Part shown: positions 51,214-64,000 of the stretch, piece by piece
Numbering within the stretch: the first letter of the stretch is position 1
Layout: every line of letters begins with the position of its first letter
Assembly (NCBI RefSeq): GCF_964204865.1
Contig: NC_135256.1
Location: forward strand, 19,220,001-19,284,000
DNA length: 64,000 nucleotides
Direction of reading: 5' to 3'
Source: Styela clava
Lineage: Eukaryota
The notes under the pieces: generated by a model
Seen by the model: only the letters and a program-made list of their open reading frames with translations
Database searches by the model: none
Told to the model about the DNA's origin: nothing
Translations under genes and position numbers: made by a program

Positions 51214-54200
51214 TTATATTTAATTTAGGGTAGGGCGATAGGGTAAAGGAATATATTGGTTACCAAGATAAGGTTTTTTTAATTTTTAGATATTGACTTC
51301 TGCAAGGATAACGGAATTAGGATTGTTACTTAACAGGATCATTTCTTCATTAAGTTATTATGACGCAATTGATGTCAATTCAAATTTATCGTGGATGAGA
51401 CATCAGCGAATTTTGTTGATGTAGACACCATTTATATTCAATAAGCTAGCCAATGAATTGATCATCACGAAACGACCTGAAAAACGGAAAATAAATCTGC
51501 GAGTAATAGAATATTAAGGGTTACATATTAGGAAACAACACTACCCTATCTACACTTTTGTTGAGAAGAAATTATTATTTTGAGTAGATATTGATCATTA
51601 ATTATTTATCTTTAAAACGCTAGTTGAAAGGCATGAGTTGAATTCTGGTTGGGATACGGGGTAAATTTCTCGCAAACCATACAAAAACTCTCAAACCAAA
51701 CTAACCATTTGCATGTTTCGTGAACTTTAACCACTTCTAATAGTCATATTTTACTGTGAACTTATCAGCGTAAACTTGGAGGGAGCTGACTCCGATGACT
51801 GCATGATCGTATCACTCCTTCCAGTCTATACCGAATAAAGTGTATTTTTTCTTTAGCCATTATTTATTGTTATGAATGCTTTCTCTGGTGCGCGAAATAA
51901 AATCTCTCTCTCTCTGTTGGCCTTCACGTTCATTTCACAGCAGAACCTTAACCTAGAATAAAATTTTGTATACACACAAGACAAATCATAGAATACCACA
52001 ACAAATTAAAACCAAGGGGATAATCCAATATATCTCTACTGGTCGCCTAATTACAATAGGAGGTACAGGAGCTAAACTATACCGTCTACAACCCTCATAA
52101 GGTATTACACCGCCCAAATAGAAACAAAGACCATGCATGTGTGATGTTAAAAGTTGGTTCATCGGTTGATTCGTTTGAAAAAGGGATTATTGATAGCAAG
52201 CCGGGGAACGTCCGGTTTTCAGTAAATCGTTCAAGAATATAGCACATTGACGTTGACAAAGTCGTAAGAATTTATGTATCACTGCAAATGTCGCCAAATT
52301 GCATTTCAAAAAATGTTGAAAGTTTTGGGAAGGGCCCATGGAATTTCGTTTCATCGCATATAGTTGCATCATTGATTTAAGTGTATTTCACTATCTGTTG
52401 TTCGGAACAATTCAATTCGATCGTACAACTTTACACTATATGAAAATTTTACATTACAATCCATTGCGTTTCTATTTGATCTCTGAGGGTATTCGGTTAA
52501 TTCCACTAAAATACCTTTAAAGAGAATCAGAAGGAAGATTCAGATTATAGGGAGCATTAAACCTATACTTGCATAAGACAATATTGGGCAACACCCTTCA
52601 CACAAATAAAACAGCACTGAAATGATGCTAAGTTAACAGGAAATATCAATTCACTGAATAACAAAAATCTACAAGTAACACTCGTAATAAATTACGTAAA
52701 ACAATGGAAGATGGTTTAGATCGCCAGTTAAAAAACAGCTAAATACATATTATTTATTTTTTACGCGATGCTCTTACTCTTCCGACTCTCCCCGTCATTT
52801 GTCAATACGTTCGCTTTTCATTGCCGTCATCGCCATCAATTACCGTTGTTCCCGTCATCGCCGCTTATTTAGAGAATTTCCCTTATACCCACTTGATTTT
52901 CAGTAAAATTTCCCAAAATATCACATAGTTCCTACTCATGAGTAATATTTTCCGTAATTTCCGCATTTTAATACAATTTCTTGTACCTACACATTCAAGT
53001 GTATATTTCCCGTTGCTCTCGCCTTCTAGTACAATTTCCCGTACATACACAATAAAATGCCCATTTCCCCCATCTTAGAGCAATTTCCCGTCATTCCCAC
53101 TTTGTGTGAAATTCCCCGCTATTAAGTGAAATTTCCCCTACATACACTCTAAAATGCATATTTTCCCCATCTTGGAGCAATTTTCCCTCTTTCCCGCATT
53201 TCGTAACATTCTCCCGCTTATTAGTAAATTTCCCCGTTTCCCGCATTTTAGGGCCCTGAATGTATAGGCCCTAATATGTATTTTAGAGTATGTGTGGGTT
53301 AAATTTTCACTCAAGGACGAAAGCAACGGCAAGTTTATACAGTGCTCCCAAGTATGTTCATCAAGATGGCGCACAACCTGAACCAAGTATGTGTACCAGG
53401 TTAAAGCTCAAGTTGTGCGCCATTTTGTTGCAAATACTTCCGAAGTCCCGTTTATTCTTAAGTGTGCATGTACGTAGTAATCGTACTATAATACATATTT
53501 CCTTTATCTTCGAGCGATTTTCCGTCATTCCCGCTTTCTGTAACATTTTCCCGCTTGTTATTAACTTTTCCCGTCATTCCCGTTTCCCGCATTTTAGGGC
53601 CCTAAAATGCGGGAACTGCGGGAACGACGGGAAATGCACTAAAAAGCGGGAACTGCGGGAACGACGGGAATTTGTCAATTTGAAATTGCGGGAACTACGG
53701 GAAATTTCACAAAAGACGGGAATGACGGGTATTTGCTTTAGGGTATGGGAAATGTGTATTTTAGAGTATGTGTGGGGTAAATATGCATTGAATAGCAAAA
53801 GCAACGGCAAGTTTTTAGGGCGCTCCCAAAGTATGTGCAACAAGATGACGCACAACCTGAACATAGTATGTATACCAGGTTAGAGTTCAAGTTGTGCGTC
53901 ATCTTGTTGCACATACTTCCGGAGTGCCGTTTATACTTGAGTGTGCATGTACGGGGTAATTGTACTAACATACATATTATCCAAATACATATTATCCGAA
54001 TCCGAATATTATTAGTCTATTAATCTTTTAGTGAAATTTCCGTATCCACACAACCCAAGCGTATCCTATTGCTTCCGTTTTCTAGTGCAATTTCTTCTAA
54101 ACATACTCTGAAATGAGTATTTCCCGTACTTTAACGCGATTTGCCGTCGTTCCCGCATTTTAGATAAATTTTCACGTACATACACCCCCAAGCGTATATA

Positions 54201-54989
54201 CACCATTGCTTTCGCTTTCTAGAACAATTTCCCCTAAACATACTCCAAAATGAATATTTCCCGTACCTTAAAGCGATTTCCCGTCATTCCCGCTTTTTGT
54301 TAAATTTCCCGCTTTTTAGTGAAATTTCCCGTAGTTCCCGTCATTCCCGTAGTTCCCGCATTTTAGTTTTTGCAATTTCCCGTCGTTCCCGCAGTTCCCG
54401 CATTTTAGTGCATTTCCCGTAGTTCCCGTCGTTCCCGTTTCCCGCATTTTAGGGTTGCCCGCCAGTCTGAAAATAATTTTCTATACAATACTGCAATACG
54501 GTACATGTCCTGAGGTCCACACCACATAGCAAAAAAAAAAACAGAGAGAAATCAGAGGTGGCCTTGTCATGATAATCATCATGATGACATCATTAAGCTT
54601 CATAAAATATTCTAAGCTTTAGAAAATGTACCGGTTTAGAAAACGACTGAACGTTGTCACCGGACTGCCAGACAAAGCGCTCTGCTGTTTTGTAACAATC
54701 ATCATTATTTCGGGCAAATGAGTCAGCGTTTCACGTGATCTTTACTACAACTCAACTTGGACTGAATGTTTTGGGGCTATTTTTTTCTAATTAACTCTGT
54801 TCAAAATCGGCATAGTCCTGTAGTCGGGATTTGAATAGACAAAATGGTCTGCGGCAGTGATTTCCTTCACCCCCCCCTAAAATTTTAAACACCCCCCCTA
54901 ATTTTGAGGAGCGATTCAACACTGTAATTCCGAACTCAAGTATACTTGTAAATAAATATATAGGATATGGCATAATTATCAGTGTAGAT

Positions 54990-55450
54990 CAGCGGTTCCC
55001 AAACCGCGGGTCAATTACGGCCCGCGTAACGACTTAAAATGGCCCGCCGAACTTGAGTGAACTAATACGTTCAACACTTTTTGTGTTTAGCCTACCCTTT
55101 TTGCGTTCTAAATACCGTCAATTGTTGCACCATTATCCAAGTTTAAGCACGAGTATATCGTAACAATTCAACTACACCAGTATCTTTTGCATACGTACCA
55201 GCATTAGGATTACATACGACAGTATTTTAAGCATCAGGCGTATATTAAGAAAGCTTAAAGGAAAACTAGACACTGAAAACAGACGTTTTTTAGATTAATG
55301 GCAGCGTTCTTATTTCTTTATTGAATAGAATCAAAGCTCAGCGATTTGTCTTCCTGGCCAACAAAATATTCCAGTTCTGATGGAAAACAACATTAGCCGT
55401 CATTACGAGACGAAGCATTCTTCCGAAGTAGCCATTTATACGGGGCCGCA
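54990..55450 (+). mobile_element. Decayed hAT (Charlie/SPIN/GTF2IRD2-like) element with transposase N-terminal remnant
   Basis: Terminus cagcggttcccaaac at 54990. 55251-55421 translates KLKGKLDTENRRFLD*WQRSYFFIE*NQSSAICL..ENNISRHYETKHS, resembling the BED-finger region of these transposases, with two stops. Confidence 0.75.
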
Positions 55451-56591
55451 TGCAAGTTCAGCAAGTAACTTCATTAGTCACTATTACCGGTAGTTGCAAA
55501 TTTATTGTTGAAAGTCGTGCTGGTTATTTATTTCTCGGGTATTCTATAACCTAACTATTATATTTATTGATTTTATTACATAACAAACTGCGATGCTAGG
55601 CGTATCTAAAATCAATCTTGCAGCCTGTTTTAGTGCCTATATTTCAATTTTTCTCCGGCCGCTTGAGCGCGCCCTGAACCCCAGCCGTGCCGTCGCGATC
55701 TTTTTGCCGCTCCCTTTTCTGGCCCATGATTATTCTTCTGCTTCCATTTTTGGTCCGAGATCAATCAACTTTCAACCTAAATTTCAACTCCCCCCCCCCC
55801 CTAAAGTGAAAAGCTGGGGAACATACCAGTCCTCGGGACGCCGGGCACGTACCTTATTTCATATGACATGATGACAATAACACGAATTTTTTATTTGACC
55901 TATTCGATAACAATAAATCTCTCCCACGTGTTTTAAATGATTAATAATCTAAGTTTTGCTGTTATTTTGAATAAAAATGTGTTATAATGGATATCGGTTT
56001 TCATATTTAGGATATTTGAAAATCTCGTAATTCTCTACTTTGTAATAAATTTTTGATAAATGAAAATATAAGACATCCCCCGAAAAAAAGCTCTAGTGTT
56101 ATTTGTCAAAAAGAAATTCAAATGAGACACTTTCTCATTTTCAGCGAAACACGGTAATCGTCTTCAGCAAACGCTTTTCGATTTCATTTCATACCTGTTG
56201 CTAAAATGTGCAGCTATTTCGTCGACTGCCGACAGTTGACAATTTCGTGATTTTTTTCAATCATAGTAATAATCCGTCATACAATTTTTGTTTGTTTTCC
56301 GATAGGTCATATCGGCCAATCGCTTTGTTGAGATTCATGGGGTGAAACTGAGTCAGAGTATTTATTTACGGTCATAGCTTTATAAGATTACGCATCAGAT
56401 CATGCTGGCCTTTATCGCAGAAACTGATCGAAGCTGAGGATATCATGAACAGACAAACATCAGAAGTAACGATATTTGATGATGGATTACATGAAAAGGA
56501 CTGCTTACACATGGATTTTGATTAAAACTCTGGAGTTGGAGCGCCAGGGCGTAGAATGCTTTTGTCATATTTCACTTCGTTTGTTGTTATT

Positions 56592-56853
56592 GAACACGTC
56601 AGTGGACATAACGATCGTTTCAATATTATGTTGTTCTTGTTCTTTGACACGTTTTTTAAAAGTCGCTTTTCTCTTTGATTACTGGACCGATCGCTTTGAA
56701 ATTTTCAGTAGTTAAAGATTGATTTTTTGCCAGAAGGCTATTACTTTTACTTATTCAATTTCTGTGGACTTCAAGAGATACGTTTATTATGTGTCAGAAT
56801 AAAAAATAGCGACACCTTGTGACGTGTCCATATATTTGAGCATAGCTTTCTTG
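56592..56853 (+). mobile_element. Short HINE copy
   Basis: tt|gaacacgtcagtggacata..gacgtgtccatatatttgagcatagctttcttg|tt: subterminal inverted repeat, terminal hairpin, TT flanks. Confidence 0.78.
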
Positions 56854-56952
56854 TTAACTTTTACGCTGCTTTTATTATTGCTGTTTATCGTCCAGTAGAC
56901 TATTAGTGTGTTAGTTGAGTGCGTTCTTAATCACATTAATTATCACATAGTA

Positions 56953-57265
56953 TAGGATTTAAATATTTATCCCGGGGGAGAAGGAAGACGATAAGACGGC
57001 TTACCCATATTACAAACCACGGTCTCTCGTCCGGTTGCCATTCCATGTCGGATATGGGATTAGTTAGTTATTTGTTTTCGGAAGCATGGACTTGATGGTG
57101 GAGGAAGCCGTAACCGACCAGCGGTTACGTGAACCAGCTTACGGCGCCAAGGGAGTCCAGCAATCCTCTCGCACATAACCATCCCCGCATGGGATTCGAA
57201 TTTGCGAACCCACGCAGCGTAATCAGAGGTGCGGTGGCGAGCGTATTTCTAACGCTTAGCAAGAC
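56953..57265 (-). mobile_element. Near full-length tRNA-derived SINE
   Basis: Reverse complement of the whole SINE body, including the B-box region gggattcgaa and the tail taggatttaaatatttatcccggggg. Confidence 0.82.
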
Positions 57266-58604
57266 CGCTTTTTTGTTTGTTATATTCTACACGTCTCGTT
57301 ATTTTCTTGTACGGATATAGTAGAAACTGTAGTCTATAATTATAGCCCGAATTATCTTTTGGGTATTTTTTTTACTTCAACTGTGTTGTTTGCTGTTTTG
57401 GGTAAGTGGGCAAGTGCATCAGCACGTCTTAAATCTTTTTTAGATGTTGCCCACTTTCCTGATTTTCCGTATATTTGTTTGTAATTGCCATGTAATGTTT
57501 TGTCGTATCGGGAAATCGAAATAAATACTTACTTACGTGTAAAAATGTCGGTTACTGATTTAAAAATTATTTACGGATTTCGAAAAAGATTGGTAAAGTT
57601 GACTCGAAACTGGCTTATGGAGCAAATTACCTTGTCCATTAAATATGGATTCTGTTTTCAAATATATTTACAATGAACTTTTGCTCCCCCAGAGAAAATT
57701 TTATGCGATCTACTAGATTGGTACGGTGGCGCATCTATGATCTGCTAATCCGTTGTTGTAGTGGAGCTTGACAACGAAAGTTTCATTGCAAATTGCATTA
57801 AAATCTTATTTCATAGGCTATATATATATATGCATATTAAATGCGCCGCTAAACGATATTTTTATTTTTCCTCATTATCACCCCGAACTACTTAAAATCT
57901 TTGTTGTTTTCATTTTACACATACATACCTACTAAACCGCAATAATCTGTTCCAAATCTCGTGAGACTGCGCATTCGGAACCACTGACTACGGCTACGCT
58001 GCATTGGTGTGTGAATAATTTGGTGATATTAATCAATGGGTATAATTAATACATCGTACGTACACGCTGAAACAAGTGTGCAGTCAGTCATTAATATCTT
58101 TCAACCTCTATCCGGCAGGAAACAATGAATCATGTCCTATCTGCGCGCGTGAGAACAGCAAAAAGTGCCGATAACCACTAAGTATAACTGTTGTTACATA
58201 CTGGATTCCTACGTTTGGGATCAATTTGGAATCTTTGGAATGAAAACCCTTAATTCCAAATGCTTATAAATCCGACATTGAATCTAATTTCAGAACTATG
58301 GTCACAGAACTGTGACCGTGTCAAGCCGAAAAGAGTTGGAGACCGTATGAAAACGAAAACAAATACAATATGTTAAACTAATATATAAACCGATGGATCT
58401 GCCTAAATGGACTACGGAAGTTTCAAGAGAAATACAAACAAGTAACCAGAACTAACAGTTGGGGTTACGTGAAACTAACTACCTTTCCTTGCCCTATGCC
58501 TTTGCGCAGATGGATCCGTATGCGTATAACGCAAGATGCTATAGCAAGAGTGAAAATAACTATTCATTTCAAGAGTCTTGCTGCACACTTACACAAATAT
58601 ATTT

Positions 58605-58646
58605 CTGTAACGTTTCGTCTGACCGGGGTCAGACCTCTTCAGACAA
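58605..58646 (-). ncRNA. Minimal type I hammerhead ribozyme motif (Penelope-like retroelement type)
   Basis: Minus strand reads TTGT-CTGAAGA-G-GTCTGAC-CCCG-GTCAGAC-GAAAC-GTT-ACAG: CUGANGA and GAAA cores, perfect stem II, palindromic AACGTT stem III, short stem I (TTGT/ACAG). Confidence 0.75.
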
Positions 58647-58800
58647 GCATTTTACAACTATCAAAATCAGACTAAAATGCTTGTCTGAAGAACAATCAGA
58701 CTGCAACAATCAGACTGCCTTCTAATTTTGGTATTTTCATGTAGCAAGTATGCCTGTTCCAGTGTTTGTTTGTTTTGTATTCTCTCCAATCACTTGTAAT

Positions 58801-58987
58801 CAGTAGTGGGATTCAGCTCGTTCGCACCGGTCCTATAGAACCGTCTTACGGAATTTTATGGGATCAGCGAACCGGTCAGCATTACTGGTTACTGTCAATG
58901 ATTTTTTGTAATAGAACCGGGTGAAAAATATGACTTTTGTGATGGAACCGGGCAACCGGTTGACAAAAAAATTGAATCTCATCACTG
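58801..58987. mobile_element. Short hAT-type MITE
   Basis: TIR cagtagtgggattca / tgaatctcatcactg, internal gaaccgg repeats, TSD cttgtaat / cttttaat. Confidence 0.75.
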
Positions 58988-59230
58988 CTTTTAATTATTA
59001 TCCAAGTAAGTTGACATGACTGTAACGCCATTGCGACCGATACACCTTGTACTTTGTCGTGTTTTTTTCAACTTATGCGCGTGCCTCAATTTTCTATCGT
59101 ACGAAACGCCCGACAAGCTTCTTACTGTTGCTCATCGAGTCATTGTATAAATACTGTTATGTGTGTTATTTTGGTGCGTTACACGTTATAATCTTTATTT
59201 TTAAGTTTACTCGTTTTTCAGGCAGTTCTG

Positions 59231-59265
<35 letters not shown>

Positions 59266-61183
59266 GTTTGATTCATTGTGGGTTGTGTTTTTAGAATGCC
59301 GAAATAAATGGTCTTGTTTTCTTGATTAGCCCACTACCAGCCCCAGCACTAACTTTATGAACGTCAGATATCATCCTACAAGAGCCTAAAATCAATCAGG
59401 TACGAATTCAAATGAATTGTTATCTTAGTTGTTACATGCTCGTTCATACACGAATATGCAAAGTAATGTAAAATTACTAAAATATTGTACTTAAAATAAT
59501 TAATATTCAAGACAACGGCAGTCGCACAATATTAATACATAAGTTACAGTAAATACAATAAGGTTATAATTGAAACTGCAAACAAATAATAATTTGTAGA
59601 GCGAAAAAAAACGATATATATATGCAAAAAATATAATTCACACCATATCGGTTATAAAAGTATATGTACATCAAAATCCATCAAGCAAACTTGGCTTTGT
59701 CGCCTAGTTCATCTTAAGTTCTTTATTAGAAATAAAATTGAAAATATAAGTCATGTAATATTGAATTGGGGTGCTCTGGAGCAGTGGTTTACAACCTTTT
59801 TTTTTTATATCTCGGCACACTATTGAGAACTTTGGATATCCAGATTATTCCTGTAAATACAACATACCCTCTATTTGGTACCAGGTATATATTATTAATG
59901 GGAAATGTCAGTAGGAATGCTATGCCTGGTGCTTTTTTACTACGCTGCAAGTTGTCGACAAATGTAAGGGAGACATACTCATAATTCTCTGAGTGAGACA
60001 CGCTCCTAACGCGGGGTGCGGCCCCCAAAATTTCTTCTATATATATTTAAACACATTGTATTTGTATTTTTTCACATTGTATTTAACACACATTGTACAC
60101 ATTATATTATTATATTACATTGCATCCGCTTTACAAAATTATCATTCCCGAAAATTGCGATAGTCGAGCACGAACAAACGATTAATTAATAATGTACACG
60201 AGAGCGCCTTCAGGGCACTTCAAATTATTGTAAAAGATGCGCGGCCGCACGGGTAATACGTGTTCTCCAAACGCACCGCCGATCACGCGCTTCGGTTTTG
60301 CTCACCCTTCCACGTTACGCCCTTATTATTGTCGCAAGTATTCTCACTTTTGCACAACCTAATTCTTTTTTGTTACAATTTGATATGTCTCTCTCATTGC
60401 CAAAATCATTCAATAGTGTTATTGTCGGCACTTACAAAAGAAATGAAAACGGCAAATAAACTGTATTTCAATACAACAGTTAATTATTATCGATAAAAAC
60501 ACTAAATGGGTAAAACCGCTCGGCGTATCTTTTCGCGTTATGAATTTCGAATTGATGGCAATGATTATAGGATTTACTATGTCGAAACGCTTATTCGGGT
60601 TTTCAGACCGCCTGAAACTATTCGAAAACTGTAACCGTTTTTGTGTTCGAGATATGAAATAATCGTCAATTCCATCACGGTTTCGTGAAATAATGCAATT
60701 TACTAAATTTAATGAAAGTTTTATCAAGTTTCATTGCATCAATGTTTGGACTACCATGCACGCGTTTTGCCAGATTACTGGCGTGATTACATATCGCAAG
60801 GGAGGGCAAAATACAATATTTTTATCAAATCGAATATTTTAAACGAATTGTCGAATATTGTTATTTTTAGCATATATATTTATATATACGGTATATATAT
60901 ACAACAGGCACCCAGAACGCTAGACACTCCAATGTTGGTAAGCTATTTCCACCCAACCTATTTTTTACAAGGACCAATTATTACAAAACGGCGAACGTCG
61001 AAGTTTGGCTTTATATTCCTGGAAGAACTATATATGAGTTCTTATCGGCGACATATGATAAAGACAGCTAATAAGGACTGAATTCGGGAATTTGTTCGGA
61101 GTTTTATCTTTTGCGTCGGCTTTAATCTTTCTCACCACTGTGTGTAAATTACCTGTCTCAAGTTTAAGCTAACAATATTATCA

Positions 61184-64000
61184 TTTTTTTTTTTTTCATT
61201 TATGCAGATCAGAATTTTTCCAGAAGCTCGGATCAGTGTCTTAAAGACACGTCATATCCGAAGTCATATCGGTATAACGCTTCATAAGCATGCCACTGCG
61301 TAAGCAGCAGTCGTATACTTATGGAGGCTTCAGTATTTGCTGCGCCACTGCAAAACACAAACTTCCACCCCGGGGTTCGGCATATGCTGTATGTCACAGC
61401 ATTGCTTTATTCCGGGGCTTCCGTCTATGCCACGCAGAGCGCAATACAACTTCTGCCACCCCCGGCTTCCGTACATATTGTGCGAACTTACAACATAGCA
61501 TGACATCCACCGTGAAGCTTCCGAAGCTTGGATCAATTCTGGCACCCCGAAGCGCAATATTCACTGGGGACCACATCCGCTAAGTGGGAGATGGTATTTC
61601 TTAGTGTTTAAAAGGGCTAAAAAATTGCAATATGGGGTCTGCAATTATGCTACTGTTCGTGGTGGTTCGAGATTTTTTATTCTACAAGTTAGTTAGGTTC
61701 TTTTGTGGGAGTAGATCATGTGGTAGAGTATCCATTAAGGATCTCCTTCCAATTTGTCTTCACTCCTAGGAATTCGATGTTCTCAAACTTCTTCTCCATT
61801 AAGAGGAGGAAATCGAAAAATTTCGTTTTGATGGTTTGTGATAAATTTTGGTCGGTGGGGGATGCAAATGTGTTTCCTATATCGAGAGTTATTTTTCTAT
61901 TTATGATGGTCTTTTTTAGGATGGCGTAGCATTTTATCACCGCTGTTTCATTTGGTCCTTTATAACTGTTGTATAGGATCTGGTCTTTGGAAATTGAAAT
62001 TGGGGTGCTCAGAATGTCGTTGAGAAATTTATTAGTGTCCATAATATATTTGGCTATAGGATTACAATGTAAAAGTAGATGTTTCGTGTTGTCTCGGGGG
62101 GCTCTGCAGAATTTGCAATTCAGAATTTTAAGTTCGCCAGTTGGACCAAATCTAAGGCTCGTGCCGCGCATTCGATCACCGAAAAAATAGCCGTCTCTAG
62201 CTATGCGGTAGGAGACTATCCGTTCCGTATTTGTTACAAACCTGGAGGTGTTTCCCAGCAGAAGTACATCCTCCCAGATGATGTTATCTTGGGGTTGAGT
62301 ATGGTGTTTGCTCTTCAGTTTTGCGTATATATTTTTATGTCTGGCAGCCTGCCATTCTTCTGTCTAGATTTTCATGACGTCCTTCCAGTATTCTGTTAAG
62401 GTTGGAGCGTGGGGCATAGAATTGTTGTACAGGTCCTTATTTATCTCTTTAACCCTTGAGCCCAGAGAATACTTCAAGAATACTAGTGCTTCAATGTGCC
62501 AGAATTGATCCAAATTTTCGCCTTTCACCAAAGCTTTCAGTTTCTCTACCCGGCAAGCTGCCATTTTTTCTTTGATGTTTAACATGTTTATACCACCTCC
62601 GTCTCGTGTTAGTTGTAGATTTGCCCCGCTGATGGCTTCTATTTTGTTAGGATGCCATAGAAATTTAAATATCTCGCTGTTTATATCTTTTGAAGTTTTT
62701 GGGGAAATAGGTTTCACCTTGGCTTGGAACATGATTATTGACATAATTAAGGAGTTTATCATAATTTGCTTGCCAAACCACGTTAGTTTACGGAATTTTA
62801 TGTAGTTCAAAATTCTGGTTAGTTTTATTTGTATTTCCTCCCATGTTTTATATAGGGGTTTTTGTCCAAAATTCATTCCAAGTACCTTCACGTCTTTCAT
62901 AATATATCGGCTGTAGGGAGATTGATAAATCGAATTATATGATGATTTGGTAATACACAGGATTTGGGTTTTTTCTCTGTTAATTTTTTGTTCGGAAGCT
63001 AATTCGAAATTGTGAAATTCGTAGAAAATTTCAGTGATGGAAGATTGGTTTGAAACTGTGAGGGTTATATCATCTGCATATTGATCGAGTTTGTGCTCCT
63101 GTTTTGTCAGTTTTATTCCACGTATGTTCTGATTCAGCTGAAGTGACCTAGCTAAAGGTTCAGCGCTTAGTGCATATAGGAGCATGCTTAGTAGGCAGCC
63201 CTGTTTTATTCCGCGTCTAATCTCAATTTCCTGAGTTAACTTCCCGTTTACATCAATACAGCTTTTGTTATCGAGGTACATGTTTTTGATAACGTTCGAA
63301 AGCCGATTCCCGATCCCTATTTTGTCCAGTATGTCAAAAAGAAAGTTGTGATTAACATTGTCAAATGCCTTCAAATTGTCAATAAGTATTATCGTTGCGG
63401 GTATATTTTTTATTTTACAGTATCTGATTATTGCGTCCGTATTATAATGTATGTCCGACATGTTTCTTTGTGGTACTGCGCATTTTTGAGTAGGGCCAAT
63501 TATATGAGCTAGAGCGGGTTCCAATCGTTTGACAAGTATTTTCAATATAGTTTTATAGTCCATATTTAGTGTGGATATGGGACGCCAATTCTTCAGTTCT
63601 GTTTCATTACCTTTTTTATATAGAAGTTTGACTTTTGCTAGTTTTGAAGATTTTGGAAATTGTCCAAATGTCATAATATTGTTTACCAATTGCGTAAATT
63701 GCGGTTTTATTGTGTGCCAAAAGGTTACGTAGAACTCTCTACTTAGTCCATCCATGCCGGGCGACTTATTGTTTTTCATGAATTTTATAGCGGTATATAC
63801 TTCTTCAGCCGTTACGCGTTGTTCTAGGGCGTCTTTCTCTAGCTCTGGTATTGTGATTGAACGCATGAGGGAGAGATAGTGGTCTTGATGTTCTTTGACA
63901 GTTTCACACGCAGATCCCCACAGGTTTCTATAGAATTCTTCAATAGTAGCCAGAACTTCCTTCTCACTTTGGACCATACAGTCGTTGCTATCTTTGACCC
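61184..64000 (-). mobile_element. L1/Tx1-type non-LTR retrotransposon, 3' part
   Basis: RT ORF, ~520-nt 3' UTR with short GC-rich repeats, and an A13 tail (T run at 61184-61196); continues beyond the window. Confidence 0.9.
61716..64000 (-). pseudogene. LINE ORF2 (reverse transcriptase + C-terminal zinc knuckle) with one in-frame TAG
   Basis: KSPGMDGLSREFY, WRPISTLNMDYK, KAFDNVNH, GIKQGCLLS, YADD, and CKFC..HLLLHC. ORFs 62364-63977 and 61716-62171 are in the same frame, joined by 64 open codons after the TAG at 62366-62364. Confidence 0.9.

Larger units (their letters stand above)
47947..54460. mobile_element. Foldback / Mutator-like non-autonomous element, 6514 bp
   Basis: Perfect 9-bp TSD gccagtctg (47938-47946, 54461-54469); identical 30-nt termini gggcaaccctaaaatgcgggaaacgggaac; inverted arms ~47947-49786 and ~52732-54460 built from cgggaa subrepeats; no transposase ORF seen. 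Confidence 0.92.

Noticed and set aside
48313-54023. ORFs up to 197 aa in the foldback arms, with CxxC-like repeats
   Set aside because: They arise from stop-poor cgggaa subrepeats, appear mirrored in both arms and contain no transposase motifs.
56300-56350. SYRPIALL peptide resembling an RT motif
   Set aside because: Isolated 8-residue match followed by stops; probably chance.
62364-62366. TAG in LINE ORF2 as programmed readthrough
   Set aside because: No precedent at this position that I know of; a nonsense mutation in one copy is simpler.

Overview
AT-rich, intron-containing animal genomic DNA. An invertebrate chordate such as an ascidian is my best guess from gene content and repeat style; it is not proven. 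No prokaryotic features or CRISPR arrays. Left half (1-33 kb): a tandem cluster of minus-strand genes for a secreted 'SHFRGGT-x-SW' N-domain + EGF + ZP-domain protein. It comprises one complete 15-exon copy (20379-28652, about 790 aa), a pseudogenised duplicate of exons 5-15 (12338-16492) made by a ~7.9-kb segmental duplication, and the first exon of a paralog at the window edge (1-120). The paralog's upstream region carries a triplicated ~1.9-kb unit containing a GATA/Fox-rich block conserved between paralogs. Middle: TMEM107 (4 coding exons, one U12-type intron), RSL24D1 (intronless CDS) and selenoprotein T (intronless CDS, in-frame TGA plus SECIS). Right: a 6.5-kb foldback element with a 9-bp TSD and modular palindromic arms, a minimal hammerhead ribozyme motif with an inverted partial copy (Penelope-like), and the 3' part of an L1/Tx1-type LINE. 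Many hAT-type MITEs, Helentron-like HINEs and a tRNA-derived SINE are scattered throughout. All exon boundaries were read by hand without tools.
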